From NCBI GenBank assembly GCA_016783605.1, contig JADHWG010000001.1, forward strand, positions 4,712 through 68,711: DNA of 64,000 bases. The letters run 5' to 3'. Origin of the DNA: Candidatus Omnitrophota bacterium. Lineage in GTDB: Bacteria > Omnitrophota > Gorgyraeia > Tantalellales > Tantalellaceae. Each line of letters begins with the position of its first letter. Position 1 is the first letter of the stretch. Below are positions 49,331 through 58,724 of the stretch, in pieces. A program made the position numbers and the translations under genes. Below the pieces are notes generated by a model. The model worked only from the letters and a program-made list of their open reading frames with translations. It did not search any database and was not told the DNA's origin.

Positions 49331-50269
49331 CTACGATTCGAACAATGCACTTACCGATTCTTCATTATGAATGCGCCGTATCGCTTCCGAAAATAACGGG
49401 GCAACAGATAGTTGCACTATTTTGTCCAACTGTTTTGTTTTTTCCACCCTGATCGTATCCGTTACGACCAACTTTTTAATTTCAGATTTTTTTATTCTTT
49501 CTATCGCCGGTCCGCACAACACCGCGTGCGTGATCGCCGCGTAAATGTCTTTCGCGCCGTGCTTTTTAAGCGCACGCGCCGCTTCCGCCAAGCTTCCCGC
49601 GGTTGCCACGATATCGTCCACCATAATAACGTTTTGTCCTTTGACGTCGCCCATAATATGCATAACTTCGGCGTCAGTGTCATTTATGCGTCTTTTGTCA
49701 ACTATGGCCAGATCCGCGTTAAATCGTTTCGCGTAAGCTCTTGCCATTTTAATTCCGCCAACATCTGGAGAGACGATCACAACATCTTTCAATTTTTCCC
49801 GTTTAAAATATTCTTCAAATATGCTTATGGCATATAAATGATCCAACGGAATATCAAAAAATCCTTGAAGCTGTCCCGCGTGCAGATCCACTGTAAGAAC
49901 TCTCGTCGCTCCGGCACGCGTAAGCAAATTCGCGACAAGTTTCGCCGTAATGGGAACTCTCGGTTGATCTTTTCTGTCCTGCCTCGCGTATCCATAATAG
50001 GGCAAAACCGCGGTGATCCTGCGGGCGGACGCCCTTTTTACCGCGTCGATCATTATCAAAAGCTCCATAAGATTCTCATTCGCGGGATGTGAAGTGGACT
50101 GTACAAGAAACACATCTTTCCCTCTGACGTTTTGCTCTATCTTTACACGCGTTTCACCGTCACAAAACTTATCCACCTTTATCTTTCCCTGCCCGACTCC
50201 CAATTCTTCGCAAATATTTTTTGCCAACCTCGCGCACGTATTCCCAGCGAAAACCATTAATTTATCCAT
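49331..50269 (-). CDS. prs: ribose-phosphate pyrophosphokinase
   Basis: PRPP-binding loop DDIVATAGS and full-length 312 aa. Confidence 0.9.
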   Translation of the reverse strand: MDKLMVFAGNTCARLAKNICEELGVGQGKIKVDKFCDGETRVKIEQNVRGKDVFLVQSTSHPANENLMELLIMIDAVKRASARRITAVLPYYGYARQDRKDQPRVPITAKLVANLLTRAGATRVLTVDLHAGQLQGFFDIPLDHLYAISIFEEYFKREKLKDVVIVSPDVGGIKMARAYAKRFNADLAIVDKRRINDTDAEVMHIMGDVKGQNVIMVDDIVATAGSLAEAARALKKHGAKDIYAAITHAVLCGPAIERIKKSEIKKLVVTDTIRVEKTKQLDKIVQLSVAPLFSEAIRRIHNEESVSALFES

Positions 50270-50335
50270 AATGCAATCACCCCTTCGTTAGTATATCGTT
50301 GCCATAACCCTCTTGACAACCTCGTAGGTTGATCA

Positions 50336-50440
50336 ACGTTATACGTTACACGTTTCACGTAGCAGGTTACATGTTTCCCGCCGGAGGCGGGTCCGCCTTT
50401 GGCGGAAAGCGTGTAACGTGCCACGTGCAACATGTAGCAT
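50336..50440. repeat. family-H palindrome (gttacacg…tttcccgccggaggcgggtccgcc…cgtgtaac)
   Basis: Second copy at 55797..55900 with a shared 24-bp GC-rich core. Confidence 0.65.
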
Positions 50441-50449
50441 AAATTAATT

Positions 50450-50588
50450 GAGGGGTCGGGGAGTTTCCCGACTCCTCATCCTGAAGCCCAAAGGGCTGAA
50501 GGATCTCTATAGGTTCTTTTGGAAAATTAACAAGAGATCCTTCGCTTTGCTCAGGATGAGTGGTCGGAGAAAAACTCCCCGACCCCTC
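50450..50588. mobile_element. MITE-1, copy 2 (139 bp; TSD AATTAATT)
   Basis: Same TIRs as copy 1; 8-bp direct repeats at 50442..50449 and 50589..50596. Confidence 0.8.
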
Positions 50589-50590
50589 AA

Positions 50591-51856
50591 TTAATTCAAA
50601 TCCGCCCCTACTTGTTTGCGCACCCGCGCGGGAACTCCCATTACCGTTTCTCCGGCGGCGACATCTTTATTTTTCGTAACAACACTTCCCGCGCCTATTT
50701 TCGCGCCTTTCCCAATTTTTACCGGCGCAACAAAAATTGCGCCGACTCCTACAAACACATCATCTTCTATTATCGTGTTAAACTTTTTCTCACCATCATA
50801 ATTCGCGGTGATCACTCCCGCGCCGACATTCACTCGCTTGCCGACTACGGCGTCCCCCAGATACGTGTGATGTTTCACCCGCGTTTTGGTTCCTATTTTT
50901 GTCCGGCAAACTTCCACAAAATTTCCTATTTCAACTTCTTCCGCAAGCCGCGAACCGCCGCGAAGCCTGGCAAAGGGCCCGATCCGGCAGGCCGCCTTAA
51001 TTTCAACATCGGCTTCAATAACCGTATTCGGAAAAATTATGGTTTCAGCTTCGATCTTTGCCGATTCATCTATGTATGTCGACTCCGGAGCGATTATGGT
51101 CACTCCTTTTTTCATTAACTTCTCGAGAGTTTTTCTGTTCATAATAGTATTCGCGCGCGCCAGATCTTCTCTTGAATTTATCCCTACCGCCTCTTCCGCG
51201 CCGCAACCGACCGCAACCGCTTTTTTCCCATTCTTCACAAAGAGATCAATAACATCCGTCAGATAAAACTCTTTTTTCTTCTCGTTGATCTTAACGCGTT
51301 TTATAAATTCTTCAAGGCCATCTCGAAGAAAACAATAAGTTCCGACATTTATCTCTTTAATTTCTTTTTGAGCTTGTGTCGCGTCTTTTTCCTCACAAAT
51401 CGCCGAGACATTTCCATCCGCGCCGCGAATGATTCGCCCGTATTCCCCCGCGTCGGTTAAAACCGAAGTTAATACCGTACACCCCGCCTTCTCTGAAAAA
51501 TGTGTATCCATCAAATTTCGATAAGTCGCACTTGTTATGAGAGGCGCATCAGCGCACGTTACCAATACGTCTTTTTCTTTCGTAAGACCGTCCAGCGCCT
51601 GTTTCAGGGCGTCTGCCGATCCCAAAAGTTTTTTTTGTTCAACAAACTTTAGTTTTTCACCTGTCAAAGAACTTTTGATCTGCTCCGCGTTATATCCTAC
51701 AACAACCGTAATGTCCGTTATACCGGAGGATCTAAGATTTTCTATAACTCTTCCCAATATCGTCTTCGATCCAACTTTGTGCAATACTTTGGGAAGACCG
51801 GATTTCATCCTGGTCCCTTTACCCGCCGCCAAAACAACCGCCGTAATGTTATTCAT
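50591..51856 (-). CDS. glmU: bifunctional GlcNAc-1-P uridyltransferase / GlcN-1-P acetyltransferase (GlmU-like)
   Basis: N-terminal nucleotidyltransferase motif LAAGKGTRM and a C-terminal left-handed beta-helix with hexapeptide repeats. Confidence 0.75.
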   Translation of the reverse strand: MNNITAVVLAAGKGTRMKSGLPKVLHKVGSKTILGRVIENLRSSGITDITVVVGYNAEQIKSSLTGEKLKFVEQKKLLGSADALKQALDGLTKEKDVLVTCADAPLITSATYRNLMDTHFSEKAGCTVLTSVLTDAGEYGRIIRGADGNVSAICEEKDATQAQKEIKEINVGTYCFLRDGLEEFIKRVKINEKKKEFYLTDVIDLFVKNGKKAVAVGCGAEEAVGINSREDLARANTIMNRKTLEKLMKKGVTIIAPESTYIDESAKIEAETIIFPNTVIEADVEIKAACRIGPFARLRGGSRLAEEVEIGNFVEVCRTKIGTKTRVKHHTYLGDAVVGKRVNVGAGVITANYDGEKKFNTIIEDDVFVGVGAIFVAPVKIGKGAKIGAGSVVTKNKDVAAGETVMGVPARVRKQVGADLN

Positions 51857-51953
51857 CTTTCTGTTTCCTTAAGTTCCCACCGATAATTGGCTACCCGATG
51901 CTGTCCATAGCCTAATTTCAAACATCAATTTTGTCAACTATTTGAGGGGTCGG

Positions 51954-52064
51954 GGAGTTTTTCGACCCCTCATCCTGAAGCCCAAAGGGCTGAAGGATCT
52001 CTATAGATCCTTCGCTTCGCCCAAGATGACACCTTTGCAAGAGGGGAAAACTCCCCGACCCCTC
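51954..52064. mobile_element. MITE-1, copy 3 (111 bp internal-deletion variant; TSD AACTATTT)
   Basis: Same TIRs; 8-bp direct repeats at 51946..51953 and 52065..52072. Confidence 0.75.
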
Positions 52065-52237
52065 AACTATTTATCAAAATGCCCATCCGTCGCTACAGAA
52101 GCGATTTTATAAAATTGGAGTGAAATTTTATTTGACAAATAGTGTTCTTTCATGTACACTTTACGTAGGATTTGATTCAAGGGACTGGGGATTCCCGGTC
52201 GGCAAAAAGCTCTGACGTAAGTCGGAGCTTTTTGTTT

Positions 52238-52978
52238 TTATGGAAATATTTTTAATCCCTGTATCCTCCCATCACCTCTGTAAAATTTTGTCTTTATAAT
52301 ATCGTACGCAGGATTCGGCTTATTATGACTATGTACGTACCGGGCGACCGGATAGGCCACCAAATCCGCTAATTGCGTACCTACCACATTCATCATCTTG
52401 GGAATAAATTTTAGTTTAAAATCTATCTTTTTAAACCGTTCCGCGGGGATATAATTGGTGCCTTGGCTGGCAATTCTTAGAAAACTTAACATTAAATTAT
52501 TATCTTCTTTTTTGCCACGGCTTTCCGCGATGAGTTGAACCCCGTCTTGTTTTTTCTCTTCAAGCAAAGGCAAGAGCCTCTCCATGCAAAATATCATTGC
52601 CAAATCATACGGATTCTCCGCCAATATACCATATTTTTCCTTATGATCCTGCTTTTTTATTACAGAAACTATCAATTGATAGTTTGAATCCGACATTATT
52701 CGATTTAATTCTCTATAAAACTCCTCGCGTTTAACAGGATTGGTAAGAATGCCAAAATCTCGCTGAGCTTTGCGTATATCCCGCGAATGAATGATAACTG
52801 CCTCGTGCCCAAAAAAATCCATTTTGAGTTGATTGATCGCTGGAGAAATTTTGTGGTTGTATATCGTTTTCTCACAAACAAACATCGCGAGAGCAAAGAA
52901 AGGAAAGTCCTTGTCTACAAGCTCAAGTGAATGATCGCCGCTTTCATCCAGGTATACTATTACCGACATTTGACACAT
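52238..52978 (-). CDS. DUF3800-family protein
   Basis: N-terminal IVYLDESGD signature of DUF3800. Confidence 0.6.
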   Translation of the reverse strand: MCQMSVIVYLDESGDHSLELVDKDFPFFALAMFVCEKTIYNHKISPAINQLKMDFFGHEAVIIHSRDIRKAQRDFGILTNPVKREEFYRELNRIMSDSNYQLIVSVIKKQDHKEKYGILAENPYDLAMIFCMERLLPLLEEKKQDGVQLIAESRGKKEDNNLMLSFLRIASQGTNYIPAERFKKIDFKLKFIPKMMNVVGTQLADLVAYPVARYVHSHNKPNPAYDIIKTKFYRGDGRIQGLKIFP

Positions 52979-53124
52979 CCTTTTTCTTCAAGCCCTTTTA
53001 CAATCTTAGTTACATGAGCATAATTTGTTTTCTCTCCTCGAGCCCCTCGCGTCCATTTTTCTGCAATAGTCCTTTTACCCATATTTCAATTGCTCTGCGA
53101 TTTTCAGCCTTTGGCTGAAAATCG

Positions 53125-53198
53125 ATGGCTGGCGGGCAAGGACTCGAACCTTGACAAGCAGCTCCAAAAGCTGCGGTGCTACCATTACACTACCCGCC
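53125..53198 (-). tRNA. tRNA-Gln (anticodon UUG), U1:A72, CCA encoded
   Basis: Acceptor stem UGGCGGG/CCCGCCA, anticodon arm GCAGC-UUUUGGA-GCUGC, T-arm CAAGGTTCGAGTCCTTG, and a downstream terminator hairpin gattttcagcctttggctgaaaatc. Confidence 0.8.
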
Positions 53199-53204
53199 AT
53201 TTGA

Positions 53205-53262
53205 TCTCGTTGACGAACCAACGATCAACGATCAACGAACCAACGATCAACGAACCAACGAA
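53205..53262. repeat. short tandem repeat (CGATCAA / CGAACCAA units) immediately upstream of tRNA-Gln
   Basis: The run cgaaccaacgatcaacgatcaacgaaccaacgatcaacgaaccaacgaac lies between the spoVG stop and the tRNA 5' end. Confidence 0.7.
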
Positions 53263-53760
53263 CTACAATTCTATATCTTTGCCATCGGAAACATCAATGG
53301 TTTCTGGCACAACATCGGTCGCGGAAGGTTCCGATCCGGAAGGTTTGGTAAACAAAGTCTTCTCTTCGGCTTTTTCGCTTTTGGGAACAGGCGCTGAATT
53401 TTCGTTATACGCCTTTAAAATTTGTTCCTGTATATACACCCTGCATTCCTGAGTTATCGGATGAGCTATGTCCATATGGCTGTTATACTTTTCGTTTTCA
53501 GAGCCGGCAGAAAAAACTTGTGGTCTTTGCTCGCTTCCGCATTGATTGCAATATTTGCTTCCAACAACATTTTTAAATCTGCATTTGCCGCACGCGTCCA
53601 CCGCTTTTCTTGAAGGCATCGCGACAAAAAGACCACTATTCCCCTGGATAACCTTGACGTTCCTCACAACAAACCAGTCATCAAACGTCATCGTCGCGAA
53701 CGCCTTAAGTTTGCCGTCTTTACTTTCTGTCGGAAAAATTCTGACTTCCGTGATTTTCAT
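53263..53760 (-). CDS. spoVG: SpoVG-family protein with inserted Zn-ribbon and extended C-terminus
   Basis: N-terminus MKITEVRIFP…GKLKAFATMTFDDWFVVRNVKVIQGNSGLFVAMPSRK and a later DIAHPIT match SpoVG. Between them lies an insertion CGKCRFKNVVGSKYCNQCG. Confidence 0.7.
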   Translation of the reverse strand: MKITEVRIFPTESKDGKLKAFATMTFDDWFVVRNVKVIQGNSGLFVAMPSRKAVDACGKCRFKNVVGSKYCNQCGSEQRPQVFSAGSENEKYNSHMDIAHPITQECRVYIQEQILKAYNENSAPVPKSEKAEEKTLFTKPSGSEPSATDVVPETIDVSDGKDIEL

Positions 53761-53812
53761 CCATAGCTCCTTTCCGTTGAGATTAGTCCATAGCAGATAA
53801 CATAAGCAACTC

Positions 53813-54748
53813 TCAGTACGTACTTACCACACATATCCGCCAATTTTCTTCTTTCGGAAATGCGCCAAGAAGTCTCTTCTCCGCCTGCCGCACAACCTCC
53901 TCGTCAAAAATCCCAAAAACAGTAGAACCGCTTCCGGATAAAAGAGTACCAAGCGCGCCGGCACCTTCTAATTCACGAAACACCTTTTTTAAAACGGGAA
54001 ATTCTCGTAATACTATTGGCTGTAAATCGTTATGAAGATTTTTTGCCAAACTCCCGCTGTTTTTATCCTCCAAAAAAGCGCTGAACATTCTATCAAGGGC
54101 TATATCCTTTGTCAAGCCAAAAGGGGAAAAGCGCCCGTATACGTCTTTTGTTAAGATTTTAAACGGCGGTATTACAAGCACATGCCAAATTTTGCGTTCA
54201 AACTCGAGTTTCGTAATAATGTCTCCGCGACCCTTTCCGCAGGCGAAGTTCGCGTCATTCAAAAAAAAAGGAACATCCGCGCCCAACTTGCCGGCAATGT
54301 CCAAAAGTGAGGTTTTGTTAAGCTTCTGCCCCGTTATTTTGTTCATCGCGCGCAATATCGCCGCGGCATCACTGGAACCTCCACCTAGTCCGCCGCCGGA
54401 AGGAATGTTCTTTTTAAGCTTAATAATAAAATTGTCGTTAACGGCGGCCTTTTCCTTAAAAAGCCTGACCGTGCGGCCCATTAAACTGTCGGAACAAACC
54501 GGAATGGACGGATCGTCACATTCGATCCGGATGCCGGTATCAGTTTCATCACCCCCGATTCCACCTCGTAGGTGGAACTCGTTCCACCTACGAGGTGGAA
54601 TCGGGGTACGATCATCAATTACATCAATGTTGATCTCGTCACAGAGTGAAATTTTTTCGAAGATCGTCTCGATGGAATGATATCCATCATTCCTCTTATT
54701 GAGAACTCTTAAGAATAGGTTCACTTTGGCAGGCGCGGTAATAAACAT
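53813..54748 (-). CDS. ispE: 4-diphosphocytidyl-2-C-methyl-D-erythritol kinase with an in-frame 18-codon palindromic-repeat insertion
   Basis: GHMP kinase motifs (APAKVNLFL; PSGGGLGGGSSDAAA). The segment …PIPPRRWNEFHLRGGIGG… is the translation of a family-B double hairpin (54548..54602). I moved the start to MFITAPAKV. Confidence 0.75.
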   Translation of the reverse strand: MFITAPAKVNLFLRVLNKRNDGYHSIETIFEKISLCDEINIDVIDDRTPIPPRRWNEFHLRGGIGGDETDTGIRIECDDPSIPVCSDSLMGRTVRLFKEKAAVNDNFIIKLKKNIPSGGGLGGGSSDAAAILRAMNKITGQKLNKTSLLDIAGKLGADVPFFLNDANFACGKGRGDIITKLEFERKIWHVLVIPPFKILTKDVYGRFSPFGLTKDIALDRMFSAFLEDKNSGSLAKNLHNDLQPIVLREFPVLKKVFRELEGAGALGTLLSGSGSTVFGIFDEEVVRQAEKRLLGAFPKEENWRICVVSTY

Positions 54749-54831
54749 GATGTATGTCCTTATATAAACGAATGATCTATGGAGATCCTTCGCTTCGCTC
54801 AGGATGAGGGGTCGAGAAATACCCCGCCCCC

Positions 54832-55779
54832 TCATTTACGTTTTAACAGATCTTCCATTTCCCTTACGATATCATCCACCCGCAGCCCGAAATGTTCATA
54901 CAATTCGTCCGGAGCGCCGCTTACTCCAAATTTTCCCTTTATGCCCATAAGCTTCATAGGACAAGGCTTTTCCTGAACGATCACTTCCGCGACAGCGCTT
55001 CCCAGCCCGCCATAAACGGTATGTTCTTCCACTGTCAAGATCGCCCCGGTTTCTTCCGCCGCGTTTATTATTGTTTCCTTATCGATCGGACACGGTGTGT
55101 GCAAATTTATTACACGGATATTTATTCCTTTAGATTTCAAAACTTCCGCCGCTTCGATCGCGCTTGTAACCAAATGCCCGCACGCGACTATCGTAGCATC
55201 GTTTCCCTCGGTCACGACATCCGCTTTACCTATCTTAAATTCCGATGTTCGTTTTAATATCGGAACTTTGACGCGTCCCAATCTGATATATACGGGCCCG
55301 GGTATATCCGCCGCCTGGAGAGTCGCTAAATTCGCCTCTTCAGAATCTGCCGGAACGACAACCGTCATATTCGGAATGATCCTCATAAGCGCGATCTCCT
55401 CCAACGCTTGGTGGGTCGCCCCGTCTTCTCCGACTGAAATTCCTCCGTGACTTCCGATAATATTCACATTCAAATTCATGTATGCCACCGACACTCTGAC
55501 CTGATCCCACGCGCGTCCGGAAGCAAACGCTCCGAACGTACACGCGAACGGTATCTTTCCCGAAAGCGCCAGTCCCGCCGCCGCGCATATCATATCCTGT
55601 TCGGCTACACCATGACTGATAAAACGCTCCGGATATTTTTCTTTAAACCAATTGGCTCTCACCGATTCCGTTAGATCCGCGGATAAAACAACTACATCTT
55701 TATTGGTCCGCCCCAAGTCAAGTAAAGCTTTCCCGAATCCGTCCCTGGTTGCCTCGCGCTCCGCACCTTTTTCTTTCAT
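54832..55779 (-). CDS. transketolase, C-terminal (pyrimidine-binding) subunit
   Basis: Split-type transketolase C-half of 315 aa. Confidence 0.85.
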   Translation of the reverse strand: MKEKGAEREATRDGFGKALLDLGRTNKDVVVLSADLTESVRANWFKEKYPERFISHGVAEQDMICAAAGLALSGKIPFACTFGAFASGRAWDQVRVSVAYMNLNVNIIGSHGGISVGEDGATHQALEEIALMRIIPNMTVVVPADSEEANLATLQAADIPGPVYIRLGRVKVPILKRTSEFKIGKADVVTEGNDATIVACGHLVTSAIEAAEVLKSKGINIRVINLHTPCPIDKETIINAAEETGAILTVEEHTVYGGLGSAVAEVIVQEKPCPMKLMGIKGKFGVSGAPDELYEHFGLRVDDIVREMEDLLKRK

Positions 55780-55919
55780 TCATAACTCCCAATTTTATGT
55801 TACACGCTGCAGGTTTCAGGTTTCAGGTTTTCCCGCCGGAGGCGGGTCCGCCTCCGGCGGGAAACCTGAAACCTGAACCGTGTAACATGCAACGTATTCA
55901 CCAGCCAACTATCAACCGG

Positions 55920-56978
55920 CTAACCAAAATACCCCGGCGGTGCCTGTACAACTTTTTTTACCGACAACTTCTTTCTGCTAAAATTAAAAACATCTTTTTC
56001 CGTCGCTTTTAAACTCGCGTTTTCCAATTGGTCTTCCATTATTAGGAAATCAAATTTTTTAAATTTATATCCGCATACAACTCTGTTCACTATTTTCACG
56101 ATCTCTTCTATCTTTCTTCTGTGTTGTTTGGTTTTGTTTTCGCCCGCGTCGTGATCGGATATTTTAAACTTAACAAGAAAGGTTTTAATTTCGTCTGTCG
56201 AAATAAAATTACTTTCAACATTTTCGTATTTGAAAAGTTTTTTTAGATCTTCTTCACCGCGGAATCCGAGTTTTACTCGATTGGCGATCTGCGCCGCGAG
56301 AAACTCTTCCATCGTCGCGTCTTTCAAATAAAATTTCCCGCGCCAATATCCTATATCTGAAAGCCTTGTGGGCGCGCTTCTAAAAAAATCGTCCATCACG
56401 CCTTGGCGCGTTTTTTCTTCCACGCTGAAATTGTCAAATATTTTTTCTATCGATCTTTCTTTTTTTGCTTGAGGCGTAAGATTGATACTGAAAAGCGTGC
56501 GTCTAAACGATTCGCTTCTCGAAATATTTCGATACATCCCAAGCTTCACGTCTTCGACATATTTTATTATCACAACCTGCAGTTCCGGAAGCCTGGCATC
56601 CTGCGCGATAACGCAATAAAACTTTATATCCGCGTCCGTACTGAGAACAACTCGTGACGCGATGAGCAGAAGATTACTGATCGTATCCCAAGCTTCGGAA
56701 CTGATGCCGAGTCCCGCGTCAAGAAGCCCTTCCATAGGATAATATATTCCCATCGTCCGGCCTTTTACCGTAACGTCGACGTCCATGTCGTATTCGTCTT
56801 TGCAAACGAACTTGACGGCTTCGGGAAGCTTTTCTTTGGGGAATGACGGTTCGCATCCGGAAAAAGAAAATAATATCGCCATTAAACCAAGATAGGCCGC
56901 GCTTTCAGCGAAAATATTTTTAAAACCGCGTTTACGCACGGTTATCCCACTTTTTTTCTTCTTCTTCGTCAGATTCAT
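55920..56978 (-). CDS. lipoprotein of unknown function
   Basis: Lipobox LFSFSGC after a basic N-terminus; overlaps the end of the FtsH-like gene. Confidence 0.45.
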   Translation of the reverse strand: MNLTKKKKKSGITVRKRGFKNIFAESAAYLGLMAILFSFSGCEPSFPKEKLPEAVKFVCKDEYDMDVDVTVKGRTMGIYYPMEGLLDAGLGISSEAWDTISNLLLIASRVVLSTDADIKFYCVIAQDARLPELQVVIIKYVEDVKLGMYRNISRSESFRRTLFSINLTPQAKKERSIEKIFDNFSVEEKTRQGVMDDFFRSAPTRLSDIGYWRGKFYLKDATMEEFLAAQIANRVKLGFRGEEDLKKLFKYENVESNFISTDEIKTFLVKFKISDHDAGENKTKQHRRKIEEIVKIVNRVVCGYKFKKFDFLIMEDQLENASLKATEKDVFNFSRKKLSVKKVVQAPPGYFG

Positions 56979-58635
56979 CCGGTCCGGAACTTTCTTTTTC
57001 CCCATATTCTGAAAAAATGGCTATAATTTCATCATATTCCAACTCTTCTCGCTCTAAAAGTTCCGAAGCGAATCTGTCAAGGATCGTTCTTTTTTCCATA
57101 AGCACCGTTTCAACTTCTTTCAAACATCCTGACATTATTTTGTTCGTATCTTTATTCAGCGCGATCCTGACATCTTCGGAAAGCTGTTCTTTCGGTATTA
57201 TGGTAAAATCTCCGATGAGACCGGATTTGCCCATTCCAAGCTGCCAAACCATGCTGTGGGCTATCCCCATCGCCTTTTGAAAATCAGAACTCACACCGCT
57301 GGTGGAAGTCCCGAATTTGATTTTTTCCGCCGCGAATCCGCCGAAAGCTATCATTATGTCCGAAAACAAATGTTCTCTGCTATGAGAATGCAGTTCTTCT
57401 TTTTCCGGCGACCATACAACACCAAGCGCGCCTTTTCTCGGAATAATACTCGCTTTAAAAACGCTTTTTGACGGCGCTTTCAAAAACGTCGTGATCAAGT
57501 GTCCGGACTCATGATACGCCGTCATTTCTCTTTCCTTGGGCGTTACCGTAAGACGATATTTGATACCGAGATCGACTCTCTCAAAAGCTTCACTTATTTC
57601 CTTAAGTCCGATAACGGGTTTTCTGTGTCTGGTCGCGATAAGCGCGGATTCTTTCACGATGTTCGCGATATCCGCCGGACTTTTGCCGACGGCGCGGCGC
57701 GCGAGACGTCCTAAATTAAGTTCCGACTCCGCTTTCACTTTATCAAGATAGAATTTAAAAAGTTCTTCTCTATCATCCTGAGACGGTTTTGTTATCATAA
57801 TTTTTCTGTCAAATCTGCCGGGCCTGAGAAGCGCCTGATCGAGATGCTGTTCATACGCGTTGGTCGCGCCGATCACAACGATATTGTCGTCTTTACCTTT
57901 AAGTCCGTCCATTTCGGCAAGCATCTGATTTAATGTGCTGTTGGTTTCCTGACCTCCCATAAAACTGAATGTTCTGCTTCTTCCTATTGCGTCTATTTCA
58001 TCGATGAAAATAATACATCCTCCGAACCCGTACGCCAGATCCCGCGCCTTTTTGAACAGTTTTCTGACGCGTGAAGCACCCACTCCTACAAACACTTCCA
58101 CAAATTCGCTTCCCGACATCGAAATGAACGGCATATTCGCCTCCGTCGATATCGCTTTAGCCAAATATGTTTTTCCGCATCCCGGAGGTCCCAACATAAG
58201 AAGCCCTTTAATTACGTTGCCGCCCATTTTTTGTACCCCTGCTCTATCCCGGATGAGCTGAACGATCTCGCCGGCCTCTTGTTTCGCGTCATGCATGCCG
58301 ATAACATCGTTCCATTTTATCGCTATGTCTTTGCCTTTTATGGGTGCCTTATCCAATTTGGCAAAACCGCCGCGCATAAAGGTTAAATACATAAACACGA
58401 ATATCCCGGCATGGATCCCGGCCATTATGAATTGAACCGGCATTGTCGCAATGGTCATCTTGCGATAAAAGGATTCTAAAGACATTAGCCCTATCACCGA
58501 AAGGATCAAAAGGATAATGACGATCGCAGAGACGATGATCATAGTTTTGTATTGCCTGATATACATCCTTATTCTTCTGCTAAGCATGATCATATTTTTT
58601 TCTCCTTTTTTCGTTACTGATAATTCTCTCGCCAT
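56932..58635 (-). CDS. FtsH-like AAA+ ATPase / M41 zinc metalloprotease paralog with very short periplasmic loop
   Basis: Two TM helices ~15 aa apart; Walker A GPPGCGKT; second region of homology; HESGH in an M41-like domain; 567 aa. Confidence 0.7.
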   Translation of the reverse strand: MARELSVTKKGEKNMIMLSRRIRMYIRQYKTMIIVSAIVIILLILSVIGLMSLESFYRKMTIATMPVQFIMAGIHAGIFVFMYLTFMRGGFAKLDKAPIKGKDIAIKWNDVIGMHDAKQEAGEIVQLIRDRAGVQKMGGNVIKGLLMLGPPGCGKTYLAKAISTEANMPFISMSGSEFVEVFVGVGASRVRKLFKKARDLAYGFGGCIIFIDEIDAIGRSRTFSFMGGQETNSTLNQMLAEMDGLKGKDDNIVVIGATNAYEQHLDQALLRPGRFDRKIMITKPSQDDREELFKFYLDKVKAESELNLGRLARRAVGKSPADIANIVKESALIATRHRKPVIGLKEISEAFERVDLGIKYRLTVTPKEREMTAYHESGHLITTFLKAPSKSVFKASIIPRKGALGVVWSPEKEELHSHSREHLFSDIMIAFGGFAAEKIKFGTSTSGVSSDFQKAMGIAHSMVWQLGMGKSGLIGDFTIIPKEQLSEDVRIALNKDTNKIMSGCLKEVETVLMEKRTILDRFASELLEREELEYDEIIAIFSEYGEKESSGPDESDEEEEKKWDNRA

Positions 58636-58724
58636 CCGCCGGCGATCAAAATTGACGACGCGCCTTTCGCCGGCAACCTCGTAGGGGCACGGCGTGCCGT
58701 GCCCCTACGTTGATTATCCGATCC

